A stretch of DNA of 64,000 bases. It comes from Heterodontus francisci. Taxonomy: Eukaryota. Shown here in pieces: positions 25,782 through 48,794 of this stretch (positions within the stretch are counted from its first letter, which is position 1; the number at the start of each line of letters is the position of its first letter). A program made the translations under genes and the position numbers. Below the pieces are notes generated by a model. That model was not told the origin of the DNA. It searched no databases and worked only from the letters and a program-made list of their open reading frames with translations. The stretch spans positions 39,793,674-39,857,673 of the forward strand of contig NC_090401.1 of assembly GCF_036365525.1 (NCBI RefSeq), in the 5' to 3' direction.

Positions 25782-27434
25782 ACAGAGCCATTATACCTTC
25801 TACCTCCATGCTGGATGTAGGAAAATAATTGTGACTGGCGGCACAGCACTTAGGATTTGTACATATCCAGCCATTTTGAAATGAGTATCATCTTAACCAC
25901 TTCCTGCTATTTGTTTAATAGCCAATCCTTTTTAATATTGTCAGCTAGTGATGGGAGTTTTCTTCAAGATGTTAAGCATTCCATTTTGATTAGATTCTGT
26001 GGAACAAAACAGGTTTTCTATTCCACTTCACAAAAATGATGCACTGCAAATTATTAAAAAAGTTGCATTTTATAAATTGGATAATTATAGCTAAACCCCA
26101 GCAGAAAATCACATTCCACATATTTTTACAAATAATTGGGCAAATGGCTGTTAGATCCTCTGCTGTAAACTAAGAATTCCTGTTTACTCCAGTTAAGGGT
26201 ATATAATTCATGGTAGTTTAAATTGAAAGTATAATCTTGAACTAAGTTTAAGTTTTTTTTTCTCGCTATGCTTAATTCCAGTCCTAAGGGTGCTCAAAAT
26301 TTCAAATTTGACCTCATAGCATCAGCATGCATTATGAAGTTTTGAATTTAAATCAATTGAAAGGTAATAAACAGATAATGGTAAAGTGTACAGCAGGATG
26401 AACATCTGAAAGAGAAAGATAGGTTAACAGGTTGGGGGAGTGATTCATCAGGATATCCATACAACTTTGAGTTACCTCAAACATACATGCATATTTCTTT
26501 CAAATGTTCATTGACTTGTACATTTCCAGCATCTCCTGTTTTTAAAATCAGATTTACAGCATGATTAAAAGTTGTCAGTTTAAAATTTGATTCAGATGCA
26601 GATTAAATAATGAAATGCCTTGAGCTATAATTTTGTCTTGCTTAGTTTTCTACAGAAATACTAAATAAGCATTTATCAGGACCTTACTTTGATTTCTACA
26701 TTTTTAATGTTTTATTTTTGTGGATGTGATGTGGCTTCATATGTTTCACATTTTATTTCAAATTAAAAAATCGATTTTAGAAACAATGATTGGTTTGGGG
26801 TTTTTCTAAAGTTACATTTCAGAAAAATCAATACTTTTATCCACAAAAGTGAGCACTCAGTAAGAAATCTTTCTGTACAATTTAATCTGCTTATGGACAG
26901 CAACAAGCCACTCTTTTCCTATTCACATTGCAGGCTGATGGAGAAGAATCAAATGGTATAACTTTTTATATACTACAGCAAGACATTGGCAGGTAAAATT
27001 CTTTAGGCTTATGAATTATACTGAACCGAACTACACAGTAACCAAGTTAAAAGGCCGAATGATATGAATCAGCAACGTTGGTTCAAAAAGCACTGTGCAT
27101 TTTGTAAATGAGTCAGATGAAGTTAAATGTCCCTCTTAATAGTGCTGCTTTACATCATGTCTGAGTTTATCCAGTTTGTAACTGCATCTTACAAATATGC
27201 AAGTCACAAGCCAATATCCTATTATCTAAATCTAACTAGAGCAATGGTAGGGATGGTACAAAGTTTCTTAAGTTAGGAGGGGGGGGAAAAAAACATTCCC
27301 ATTTGCTGTCTGGGAATCACTGTTGGAAGTGTGTAGGCATCAAAGATCAGAGCCAGCTTGACTGCCCATGGTTAAATAGCCAATACTATTTAGATGCAAA
27401 AGATATTCATTTGGGTGAGGTGCCCAAGACCTGT

Positions 27435-28255
27435 ATCATAGAATCAGACATTTACAGCATGGAAGGAGGCCATTTGGCCCATCATATTCTGTCGCTGACA
27501 AGTAGCCATTCAGCCTAATTCCACTTTTGGTGCATGCCATTGTAGGTTACGGCACTTCAGGTGCATATCCAAGTACTTTTAAATTTTAATGAGGGTTTCT
27601 GTCTCTACCACAATTTCAGGCAGAGTGTTCCAGATCCCCATCACCATCTGGGTGAAAAGAAATTCCCTTGACTACCCTCTAAATCTCTTACCCTCAATTT
27701 ATGTCAAAAGCAAAATACTGTGAATGCTGGAAAACTGAAACGAAAATAGAAAATGCTGGAAATATTCAGGTCAGGCAGTATCTGTGGAGAGAAAAACAGA
27801 GTTAACATTTCAGGTTGTGATCTTTCATCAAAGTTAGAAATATAATAGGTTTTGAGCAAGTGAATGGGATGGAGGGGAAGAACAACAAAAGGGAAGGTCT
27901 ATGATAGGGTGGAGGAGAGGAGAGATTAAATGACAAAAGGTTTCATGGTGCAAAGCCAAATAAAGAAACAAAAAATGAGTCAGGATGAGCTGTAAATGGC
28001 AGAATAGCAACCAAGGGGAATAGAGCCTTCCTACCTATTCTATCTAGACCCCTCATAATTCTTTACACTTCAATTAGGTCTCCCCCTCAACCTCCTCTGT
28101 TCCTAAGAAAACAACCTTAGATTATCAAATCTTACCTCATAACTAATTCTGCAGTCCAGGCAACATCCTTGTAAATCTCCTCTGTACCTTCTCTAGTGCA
28201 ATCACATCTTTCCTATAGTGTACTGACCAGAACTGCATGCAGTACTCCAGCTCTG
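27435..28255 (-). mobile_element. CR1 3' fragment interrupted by a Penelope-type 3' fragment (~27705-28015)
   Basis: CR1 tail at 27435. The insert starts with aaagcaaaatactg...gagttaacatttcaggttgtgatctttcatca and continues into purine-rich body sequence. Confidence 0.7.
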
Positions 28256-30801
28256 AACCCTCGCCATCTTTTCCTTGAAAGTTTCCCACTGATCTGACAT
28301 TTGCAGTATTTTGCTTTTATTTTAGAATAAAGAGGTATAGGCTCAAACTTAAACAAATTTAGAACTGATGTCAGAAAGCTGTTCCAGTGGTCAATACATG
28401 GAATAGACTCCTGCATAAGAGTAAGAGATTGAAACCCTTGAAGAACCAAAAGGATGCTGCAGTGACAGGTCTTTAGGGTCTTTCTGAATGGAGGATGAGC
28501 CAAATCATTTTCTTTAGCCTCAATTATTTTGTGACCAGTTAGCTTAGCCACACCTCAAATCAACTTGTCTACTATTGCACATGGTCTACCACTCTAACCA
28601 GTTAATTCCCCACAAAAAAAAAAATTACAGGTTAGGTTCAAATCCTGTAGTGTTAAATTAGAAAATGTTTAGCATAAAATAAAACTTTTAATTTTAAAAA
28701 TGGAGACAAACTTGTTCACTCAGAAAAGTACATTTAAAGTTCAATTTAAATAATCGCCCAGGCCTCATTGCGGCAAGATTTCTAAAACTGACTTTACGAT
28801 AGTAGCACTTTCATGTCAGGAGAAAAATAAAACTGAATGTCTTTATTTTCAGTGTGGGACTGATGCTTTCTACTGCAATTTACAACCTTGTATGCATTTT
28901 AAAGATCATAAAGTAGGCCATCTAAATTATGGATTAGCTTAAATCGTCACCTGTCGAGCACACAAAACTATTATTCCTAATCAGTAACATTTGTATCTAA
29001 ACATAAAAATAGGATGTAGCTAATTAGCCTTGCTAACAAGCTCAGTGGAGTATCCACAGGAAGGTAGTTGGTTGATGCAGCAATGGAAGATCATGTTGGA
29101 CAGTCCTGTTATTGCCAATTTATTACAACTGAATGTGTTTCATTACTGGCAAAAGATTACATATGAGTGCTCATGAAATATGGAGGATGTAACAGCCAGA
29201 TGTGTGAAGGCAATATTTAAGATTAGTCAAGTTTTTTTTTTAAACTGGAGAAATGTTTTGCTCAAAGTTCTGTCCTTTTTTTGTTAAACTGATTAGCCTC
29301 AATTGAATTTTGATGAGACATCTAAAAAAAAATTGTTTCTACCATGAGACACTGCATTGTGGATGTTCCACAAGGAAGAACAAGATTACAAAGTGGAGGG
29401 GGTCCTAAAAAATATATTGACTGGGAATGTAGATTTCCCAACCAGTAGCCTGGTTTCCAAGGATCAGGAGCACTCAGACCAAATATTCTGACTGTCACAA
29501 AGCTCGTTCGATCTCTCTCCCTGCCAAGCCACTCAAGTGATGTCACTGGCATGAATTGCTCTGTACCAGGTGTATAATTTAATCAGATTTTTTTTTCTTT
29601 AAAAAAAATCTAAAACCAACATTTTCTACTGAAGTTGATAAGCACTTTGAACATGAGTGAATAAAAACATCTTCCAGATTCAGTTTGGTTTCAAATTCAC
29701 TAGATCAAATTCATTGATCAGTTCTCTCAAGCCCAACAAAAATGAATTCGAACAGTCGGACCCCAGAACCAAATAAAACAAATGAACTTGCGTTTATATA
29801 GCACATTTCACAATCTCAAGACCTTCCAAAACAGTTCACACTCACTGATGTGCTTATGAAAAGTAGGGAAACACAGCAACCAAAACAGCAATAAGTGGCC
29901 ATATAATGTTTTGGTGTCATTGGCTAGAAAACTGAGGCTCACTTTCCTCAACCTCTACAAATAGTCATGGAATCTTTCACAACGAGACAGCAGACTAGGT
30001 TTATCTTGTCATCCAAAGACAGTGTAGTATTAAACTATTAGGCTAGCTGATGTGTTCAAGTACAGTTTGAACCCTTGATCTTTTGACTCGAAGGAGTACT
30101 CTAAGTGAGCCAACCTTGGATATTTGAAGATGTAAATGTCACAGTAGTGCAGAAATGCTGACATTGCATAATTGTAATGAAGGCAAAATATGATCCATGT
30201 ATTGGGAATGTTTGATAGACACAAGATAGGTTAGAAACATGTATTCCTTTATGTAGTTTCATTTTCATGTCAGGAATTGAGCACTTCTAGTGTTTCTAAA
30301 TCCCTTCTCAGTGGAATAAAACTACCTTACCCCATTTATAATTACGTATCAGTATGTTAGAATATGGGAATATAATTTACAAGCTGCAAGCTTCATGCTC
30401 ATACCAACACATGGCCAATTACCAGCTCTGGGATAACCACATCACCAATTAGTTAATTTGGCAAAATTTGTAAAGGGAATCATACAGTTGTGTATGATGT
30501 TTGCCCCTTAAAATATGGAATTTAATTTACAACATATTGACATTGTACATAATTATAAAATGGGGGTGGCAGTTTTATTCCACTATAAAAGTGATTTAGA
30601 AACAGCAGAAATGGTCAATTCATATTAAAAATGAAATCATGCTATTTACAAATTCCTTCCTTTTGGGCAATCAAATCAACACAGATGTGAGATTCAACAA
30701 TTAATTCAATATGTTTACACCAAGTTTCAGGTCCAAAATAGCAGCTTCATTACATCCTTTATAAGACAGCAAAAGAAACCAGATCTGTCCAAAGTATGAT
30801 G

Positions 30802-30807
30802 TTTATT
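30802..30807 (-). terminator. Probable snrpc polyadenylation signal AATAAA
   Basis: tttatt on + about 720 nt downstream of the snrpc stop. Confidence 0.5.
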
Positions 30808-31524
30808 ACAGAGATTATAAAACTTAATATTTCTATCACTAAAGGATTGCAAAAAATGCAACAAAACAAGTTATGTTCAACATCAGTGCACTTAAGATTT
30901 TCAGCTGGCTGGTTCAGCTAACCAAAACCATTATGGAGAAAGAAACAAACTCCATATACAATTTAATCCAATATTTTTGATGACTTAATGCTTTTACAGC
31001 CAAATAGGTCAACACAGTAACTGGTCTTGTAACCTTTTAGTAGAAAAAGATTTAGACCGGCAAAAAACAAGGATTTCCAACTGGCCATCCTCTGTCCGGC
31101 CAAGGAATGACGTGATACAGTAAGAGAAATCAATGGACAATTAGAAAGCCAAAATGCCTTTTATCTGCCAAATACAATGTGTATATAACCAGAAAAATGT
31201 TACGCGAAGTCTTTTTTTGCAAAATCCATAGAAAGTTACAATCAGTAAAACACTCAAAATTGGACATCGCCCAGCTCCAAATGCAAACTGATATTCGGAT
31301 GATAATTCAGTCGGAATCGGTGATTTGAGAACCAGAGATCCGCTCACATCAACCACAGCCGGCTGCTGACAAGGAAGATGGCGGCTGACATGCGACTTGC
31401 CACAAATTTAACAAAAGACGGTTATAAATCTGATCTTCAAACGGCGGCGCTACCCTGCGATTGCCTTTGGTTCGGGGGGATATGAAAAGCTGCACTGAGT
31501 AAACCTCCTTCCATAAGTCACTGC

Positions 31525-32010
31525 TCATCTGCTCGAGCGTACTAATCCGGGTCTGGAAGGAACCATCATGGGCCGGTGAGGCCCCATCATTGGCCCCGGC
31601 ATCATCGGCATCGGGCCTCCGATAGGCGGTCTCATCCCGGGGCCCACCAACATCATCCCGGGAGGCGCCGGGCCCATCATGGGCATCATCGGCGGCCCTC
31701 CCATCGGGGGCCCCGGCAGAATGGCGGGACGCGGCGGTGGCACGCCGACATTCCCGGGCGGCGGCGGGATGGCCGCCCCGGCGGGAGGCGGGCCGGAGGG
31801 CGCCGGGAAGGGAGCGGTGGGCGGGATCTTCCCCTGGCGGAAAGCGGCGGTCGTCTTATCGATGAGGCTCTGGGCCTGCTCCTCCATCCATTTCTGATAA
31901 TAGTCCTTGACGTTCTCCTTGTGCTTGCGGCCCTCGCAGTGGGTTTTGCGAACTGACGGGGAGTCATGCGTCAAGTAAGTGTCGCAGTAATCGCAATAAT
32001 ACTTCGGCAT
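31525..32010 (-). CDS. SNRPC: U1 snRNP protein C (U1-C), intronless, 161 aa
   Basis: [57 protein letters not shown]: matrin-type zinc finger with C6/C9/H24/H30 intact, plus Pro/Met-rich C-terminus. Single uninterrupted ORF with gagaagATG start. Confidence 0.97.
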   Translation of the reverse strand: MPKYYCDYCDTYLTHDSPSVRKTHCEGRKHKENVKDYYQKWMEEQAQSLIDKTTAAFRQGKIPPTAPFPAPSGPPPAGAAIPPPPGNVGVPPPRPAILPGPPMGGPPMMPMMGPAPPGMMLVGPGMRPPIGGPMPMMPGPMMGPHRPMMVPSRPGLVRSSR

Positions 32011-32029
32011 CTTCTCAACTCGGTGGCGG

Positions 32030-32145
32030 CGGGGCTATGCGCATGCGCCGCATGGCCGTCCGCCCCTTTTATAGGCAAAGTTGTGTCACGTGTCCTGACG
32101 TCACGCATCATGTGACGGCCCCAGCCTAAATGAGCATGCGCGTTT
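32030..32145. promoter_or_regulatory. Bidirectional CpG-island promoter snrpc/tmem50a
   Basis: NRF1 TGCGCATGCGC 32038-32048; minus-strand TATAAAAG 32073-32066; E-box GTCACGTG 32085-32092; CRE TGACGTCA 32096-32103; TCATGTGAC 32108-32116; NRF1-like 32132-32142. Confidence 0.75.
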
Positions 32146-32630
32146 CCTGCTGGTCGCTGAGGGAGGATTGGCTTTTGTTTGTGATCTTGTTTACCGGCGG
32201 TTGAGCAAGTATGGATTAATTTAATAGTTGGGCTATGTTTTTTTTTAAGCTTATCTTTTTTTTTATTTAGTATTTTTACTTTGCTGTGCAGCCGCCGTTG
32301 TGGTTGTAAATTGGAGATACTCTATGCCGTTGCTAAAAAGGATCGTCGCAGCTGTGGAATGAGCATGCGCACATCTGGGAGTGGCAGATGTAGTTTTCTG
32401 GAGGTTGGCTTTCCAGCTACAAGGAAAGGGCTGGAAGTCCGACAGGACCATAAATCCCGAGAGCACTGTAGGGCCTAGCTATTCACCTTTCACGCTCGTC
32501 TCAGCTAAATTTTGTGACTGTTTTACAGCCTGTACTGATGTGCCTAGCATTTATTTATCTAATGAATTATTCCATCATAAAGTGGGCGAGAAGGTGTTCA
32601 TAGTTGTTCAAGCAAATGTTAACCTTTTCT

Positions 32631-32735
32631 GTTCTGATGAAAGGTCGCTGACCTGAAACGTTAACTCTGCTTCTGTCTCCACAGATGCTGTTAGACCTAC
32701 TGAGTATTTTCAGCACTTTCTGTTTTTACTTCAGC
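32631..32735 (+). mobile_element. Penelope-pLTR-type fragment with minimal hammerhead ribozyme motif
   Basis: gtt-CTGATGA-a-aggtc-gct-gacct-GAAA-cgtt-aac followed by the family arm sequence. Confidence 0.6.
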
Positions 32736-33224
32736 TTTTCTTGTTGACTTTATGACTTGGGTTATTTGGCTGAGGCGGTAGTGTAATTGTCCCTGGACTA
32801 GCAAAGCCAATGCTTTGGGGACATGGGTTTGAATCCTACCATGGCCTTTGGTCATGCCTTTCTCGGTTATTTTGAACTGCTTCTAAAGCACTTTGGAGAC
32901 GTTTTTCAATGTTAAAGATGCTATATAAATGCAAGTTGTTTCTGTTTCTCCTATTCTGTCGTCTTAATTGTTTGCTTCATTCTCCATGTCCTCTTCTCTC
33001 TAGTTTTTTCTTTTCTTTCAAGTAGTATGTGGTATGGCCTGCTGTGGCAGCGAAAGACGATGGTAATGGCTGGAGGCTTGATTTGTTTTGGGTTTGTAGG
33101 GATAATGTGGTCCTGAGTGGCTCCCTTTCCCTGAATCATTCAGCCAGTGATTGAGGCACTTAATGTACAAGTTCTTTATTCAAACAATATGATTCATCAA
33201 TGACATGATGTCCTGGCATTTACG

Positions 33225-35240
33225 TAAGAAATAGGAACAGGAGTAGGCCATTCGGTCTCTTGAGCCTGCTCTGCCATTCAATAAGATTATGGTTGATCTG
33301 ATTGTGGACTTAACTCCACTTTCCTGCCTGCCCTCCATAACCCTCAACTCCCTTGTCAATCAAAAATCTGTCTATCTCAGCCTTGAATATATTCAGTGAC
33401 CTAGTCTCCACTACTCGGTGGGGAAGAGAATTCCAAACACTAACAATCCTCTGAGAAGAAATTCCTCCTCAACTCCATCTTAAATTGGAGAACCCTTAAT
33501 TTGAAATTGTGCCCTCTGGTTCTAGATTCCCCCATGAGGGGAAGCATCCTCTCAGCATCTACCCTGTCAAGCCCCCTCAGTATCTTATATGTTTCAATAA
33601 GATCACCCCTCAATCTTCTAAAACTCCAATGAGTATAGGCCCAACCTTTCCTCATAAGATAAACCTCCCATCTCAGGAATCAGCCCAGTGAACTGCTTCC
33701 AATGCAAGTATTCCCCTCCTTAAGTAAGGAGAGCAAAACTGTACACCGTACTCTAGGTGCAGTCTCACCAATGCCCTGTACAGTTGTAGCAAGACATCTA
33801 AGCTTTTATTGCAGGGGGGTGGAGTATAAAAGTAAACATTCCATTTACCTGCCTAATTGCTGTACCTACATGCGGACATTTTGTGATTCATGTACAAGGA
33901 CACCCGGGTCCTTCTGTACTGCAGCATTCTGCAATCTCCATTTAAGTAATCTGCTTTTCTATTCTTCCTGCCAAAGTGGACAACCTCACATTTTCCCATA
34001 TTATATCTGCCTGTAATAATTTTCCAGTTTGAGTTTATCTTTACATGTGCGTGCACGCTACAGTGGTACTACTGATTAATACAAGTGACTGAGAGCTCAG
34101 TCTCAAATTTCAATTGACTCAGCATCCATAGTCTTTTGGGGGAACAAATTCCATTTTTCCACTACAATTTGTGTGGAAAGATACTTCCTGATTTCAATCC
34201 TAAATGTCCTAGCTTTAATTTTAAGATTATGCCCTCTTGTTCTAGATTCCCCCAACAGGGGAAACAGTTCCTCTGTATCTACTCTATCAAGTACTTAATC
34301 ATATTAAAGAGGTTTGATGCCCAAAGTCGGATGCAGTTCTCCAGTTGGGTCTGACCAAGGCTTTATACAATTCAAACATCACTTCCTCACTTTTGAATTC
34401 CAATCCACTTGAGATAACGGTAATTGTTCCATTAGGATGTGTGCATGCTCATTCCACCTCTCCTGGGAAAACGCTGCTGCTGACCAGCCCATGTGGAGGC
34501 AAGCAGTGAAAAGTGGTTCAGCATGTTTCCAGGACCATCTTGCAACATTCGACGTGCCCAGAAGAAGGTCAGAGGTGGCGCAGCTGCAGGAGTTTCCCCA
34601 AGCATCGGCAATGTCAATATGAACTGCTGGTTCTGTGGATGTCCATACTGGTACTGTATTGGTCTCCTCAGTCATGAGGGTCTACAGAAAGCGATGAAAT
34701 CATTTACAGTTTAGGCATACCCGAACATTGAGAAGTCTACCATGTGTTTTTTTGCTTACTTTTTGGACTGGTGCATTGGCTTTTAGTGATTTGTGTACAT
34801 GAACACCTAAATCCTTTTACTTCTCCACAGCTCCTAGTTTTTCATCATTAAGATTTATTTTTCTCATTCAAAATGGATGACCTCACTTCTGCACATTCAG
34901 TTCCATCTTCCATAGTTTTGCCCACTCACACATTCTGTCTGTTCCTTTTGTAACTTCCTCCTCACAGCCATGCATCTTGCTGAGCCTCTTTAATGTCATC
35001 TGCAAACTGCTTCCTTCATTCAAGTCATTAATATATGGTGAAAAGCTGAGTGTCCTGTACAGATCTGCATGTGACTACATCCCATCGATCACAGAATGGA
35101 CCCTTTATCCCTACTCTGTTTTCTTTCTCGCACCCATTACTAAGACATCACAAAATTATTTCCAATTCCATGTGATCTTATTGTTGCTAATCCCTTGTGT
35201 AGAACCATAACATCCTTCGGAAGTCCACATAAGATGCTTC
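33225..35240 (-). mobile_element. Cluster of CR1 fragments with an old RTE 3' remnant (~34430-34690, +)
   Basis: RRLRGDLIETYKILRGLDRVD and KCEVVHFGRKN on minus; CWFCG...CIGLLSH zinc-finger remnant on plus. Confidence 0.75.
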
Positions 35241-35452
35241 TATCCATTCTAGTGACCACTTCAAAAAAAAAAAGTCAGCTTGATTTGTTCAGAGTAGATC
35301 TAATCTGACCAATCAGGTAAATGGAGATTTGTTTAACTTGTATTAAATCCATTAAGTTCCTCATCTTGACTTATTTTTAGGTTCCTTTGAACTGCTAGTC
35401 ATTTGTCCTCTTCCTCCACTGTGAAAATGGACACAAAGTGCTCATCTAATGA

Positions 35453-35669
35453 AAACAAAAGTGCTGGAAATACTCAGCAGGTCAGGCAGCATCTGTGGAG
35501 AGAGAAGCAGAGTTAACATTTCAGGTCTGTGATCTTTCATCAGAAGGTCACAGACCTGAAACGTTAACGCTACTTCTCTCTCCACAGATGCTGCCTGAGC
35601 TGCTGAGTATTTCCAGCACTTTTGTTTTTATTTCAGATTTCAAGCATCTGCAGTATTTTGCTTTTATTA
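35453..35669. mobile_element. Hairpin Penelope-pLTR-type short element with 12-bp TSD
   Basis: Inverted arms around gatctttcatcagaaggtc; flanked by ctcatctaatga at 35441-35452 and 35670-35681. Confidence 0.78.
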
Positions 35670-36189
35670 CTCATCTAATGAGTCTGGCATTGTCTTATCC
35701 ATTATAATCTTGTCTGCACCATCTTAATAGACCCACATTCCCCTTTACCAATGTTTCAATATATTATCTGTTAGCTTTCATATGCTTAGCAATTTTTTCA
35801 TATTCCTTTTTGTGTCCCCTGCATTTTTTGTAGCCCACTGTTGCTTCATATAGCTCTCGCAGTCTGCTGAATTTCTGCTTTTCCTTGCATTTGTGTAATC
35901 CTTTTCATTTAGCTTGATGTACCTTGCCTCATTTGTTAACCATAGTTGATTAACTACACAAGTGGTGCCTTTGCCATTAAGGGTTTATACTGATTTTGTA
36001 TCATACTGAATACTTTTGACTACAATACTCTTCACTGTTTGTCTTTAGGTTTATCCATTAATAGTTCAGCCCAGTTTACTATGGTCAATCTTTATTTCAT
36101 CACTTTGAAATTTGCTGTATTTCAATTTAAAACCTTGGTTTGTCACTCTGTCTTCTCCCTCAAACCTAATACATTTTGAGGGTCAAGCA

Positions 36190-37805
36190 CTTTATCAATT
36201 TACTTTATCAAGGTAATGAAGCATATGGGATCCAGGGCTTTATAAATAGAGGCATTGTGTACAAAAGCCAGGACGTTATGCTAAACCTATATAAAGCACT
36301 AGTTCACTTCCAGCTGAAATATAGTGTCCAATTCGAGGCACCAAACTGTAGGAAGGACCATAAGGCTTTGGACAGGGTACAAAAGAGATTTACTAGAATG
36401 TTTCCAGGAATGAGTGATTATAGTTATGTGGATAAACTAGATATGTGGATAAATTTGGCCTAACCATCAGCCTCAAGAAAACTAACATCATGGGACAGGA
36501 CATCAAAAATGCTCCATCCATCAATATTGGCGATCACGCTCTGAAAGTGGTTCAAGAGTTCACCTACCTAGGCTCAACTATCACCAGTAACCTGTCTCTC
36601 GATGCAGAAATCAACAAGCGCATGGGAAAGGTGTCCACTGCTATGTCCAGACTGGCCAAGAGAGTGTGGGGAAAATGGCGCACTGACACAAAATACAAAA
36701 GTCCGAGTGTATCAAGCCTGTGTCCTCAGTTCCTTGCTGTACGGCAGCGAGGCCTGGACAACGTATCAGCCAAGAGCGATGTCTCAATTCATTCCATCTT
36801 CGCTGCCTCCGGAGAATCCTTGGCAATCAGGTGGCAGGTCCATATCTCCAACGCAGAAGTCCTCGAGGCGGCCAACCTCCCCAGCATATACACCCTACTG
36901 AGCCAGCGGCGATTGAGATGGCTTGGCCATGTGAGCCGCATGGAAGATGGCAGGATCCCCAAGGACGCATTGTACAGCGAGCTCGTCACTGGTATCAGAC
37001 CCACCGGCCGCCCATGTCTCCGCTTTAAAGACATCTGCAAACGCGACATGAAGTCCTGTGACATTGACCACAAGTCGTGGGAGTCAGTTGCTAGTGATCG
37101 CCAGAGCTGGCAGACCGCCATAAAGGCGGGGCTAAAGTGTGGCGAGTTGAAGAGACTTAGCTGTTGGCAGGAAAAAAGACAGAAGCGCAAGGAGAGAGCC
37201 AACTGTGTAACAGCCCCGACAAACAAATTTCTCTGCAGCACCTGTGGAAGAGTCTGTCACTCTAGAATTGGGCTTTATAGCCACTCCAGGCGCTGCTTCA
37301 TAAACCACTGACTACCTCTAGGCGCTTACCCATTGTCTCTCAAGACAAGGAGGCCAAAGAAGAAGAAAGAAGGATAAACTGGAGAAGCTGGGGTGGTTCT
37401 CCATGGAGCAACGAAGGCTTAGAAGCGATTTGGCGGAGATGTTTAAAATTATGAAGGATTTAGGTAGAGTAAATAAAGAGAAACTGTTTCTTGTGGCTGA
37501 AGGGTTGATAACCAGAGCGCACAGACTTAAGATGATTAGCAAAAGAACCAGAGACGATGTGAGGAAAAATGTTTTTATACAATGAGTGGTTAAGATTTGG
37601 AATGCACTGCCTGCTAGGATAGTGGATATAGATTCAATAGTAACCTTCAAATGGGAATTTGGATAAATACTTGAAGGAGAAAAGAATTGCTGTGATGTGC
37701 GGAAAGAGTGAGGGAGTGGTACGAACTGGATTGGTCCTTTTAAAAGAGCGAGTATGGACTTAAGGATCTGAATGATCTCCTTCTGTGCTGTACTATTCTC
37801 ATTCT
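36190..37805 (+). mobile_element. CR1 3' fragment split by an RTE insertion
   Basis: CR1 reading ...YSYVDKL resumes as EKLGWFSMEQRRLR after the RTE. Confidence 0.85.
36455..37371 (+). mobile_element. RTE (BovB-like) LINE, 5' truncated
   Basis: FGLTISLKKT, FTYLGSTI, RRLRWLGHV, C-terminal zinc finger and (GAA)n tail; ggataaact repeated at 36429 and 37372 as the probable TSD. Confidence 0.9.
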
Positions 37806-37831
37806 ATAAATTTCCTTAAGCCTGACTCTAG

Positions 37832-48794
<10,963 letters not shown>

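Noticed and set aside
31576-31967. Alternative-frame and antisense ORFs over snrpc
   Set aside because: Expected in GC-rich coding DNA; only the U1-C frame is recognisable.
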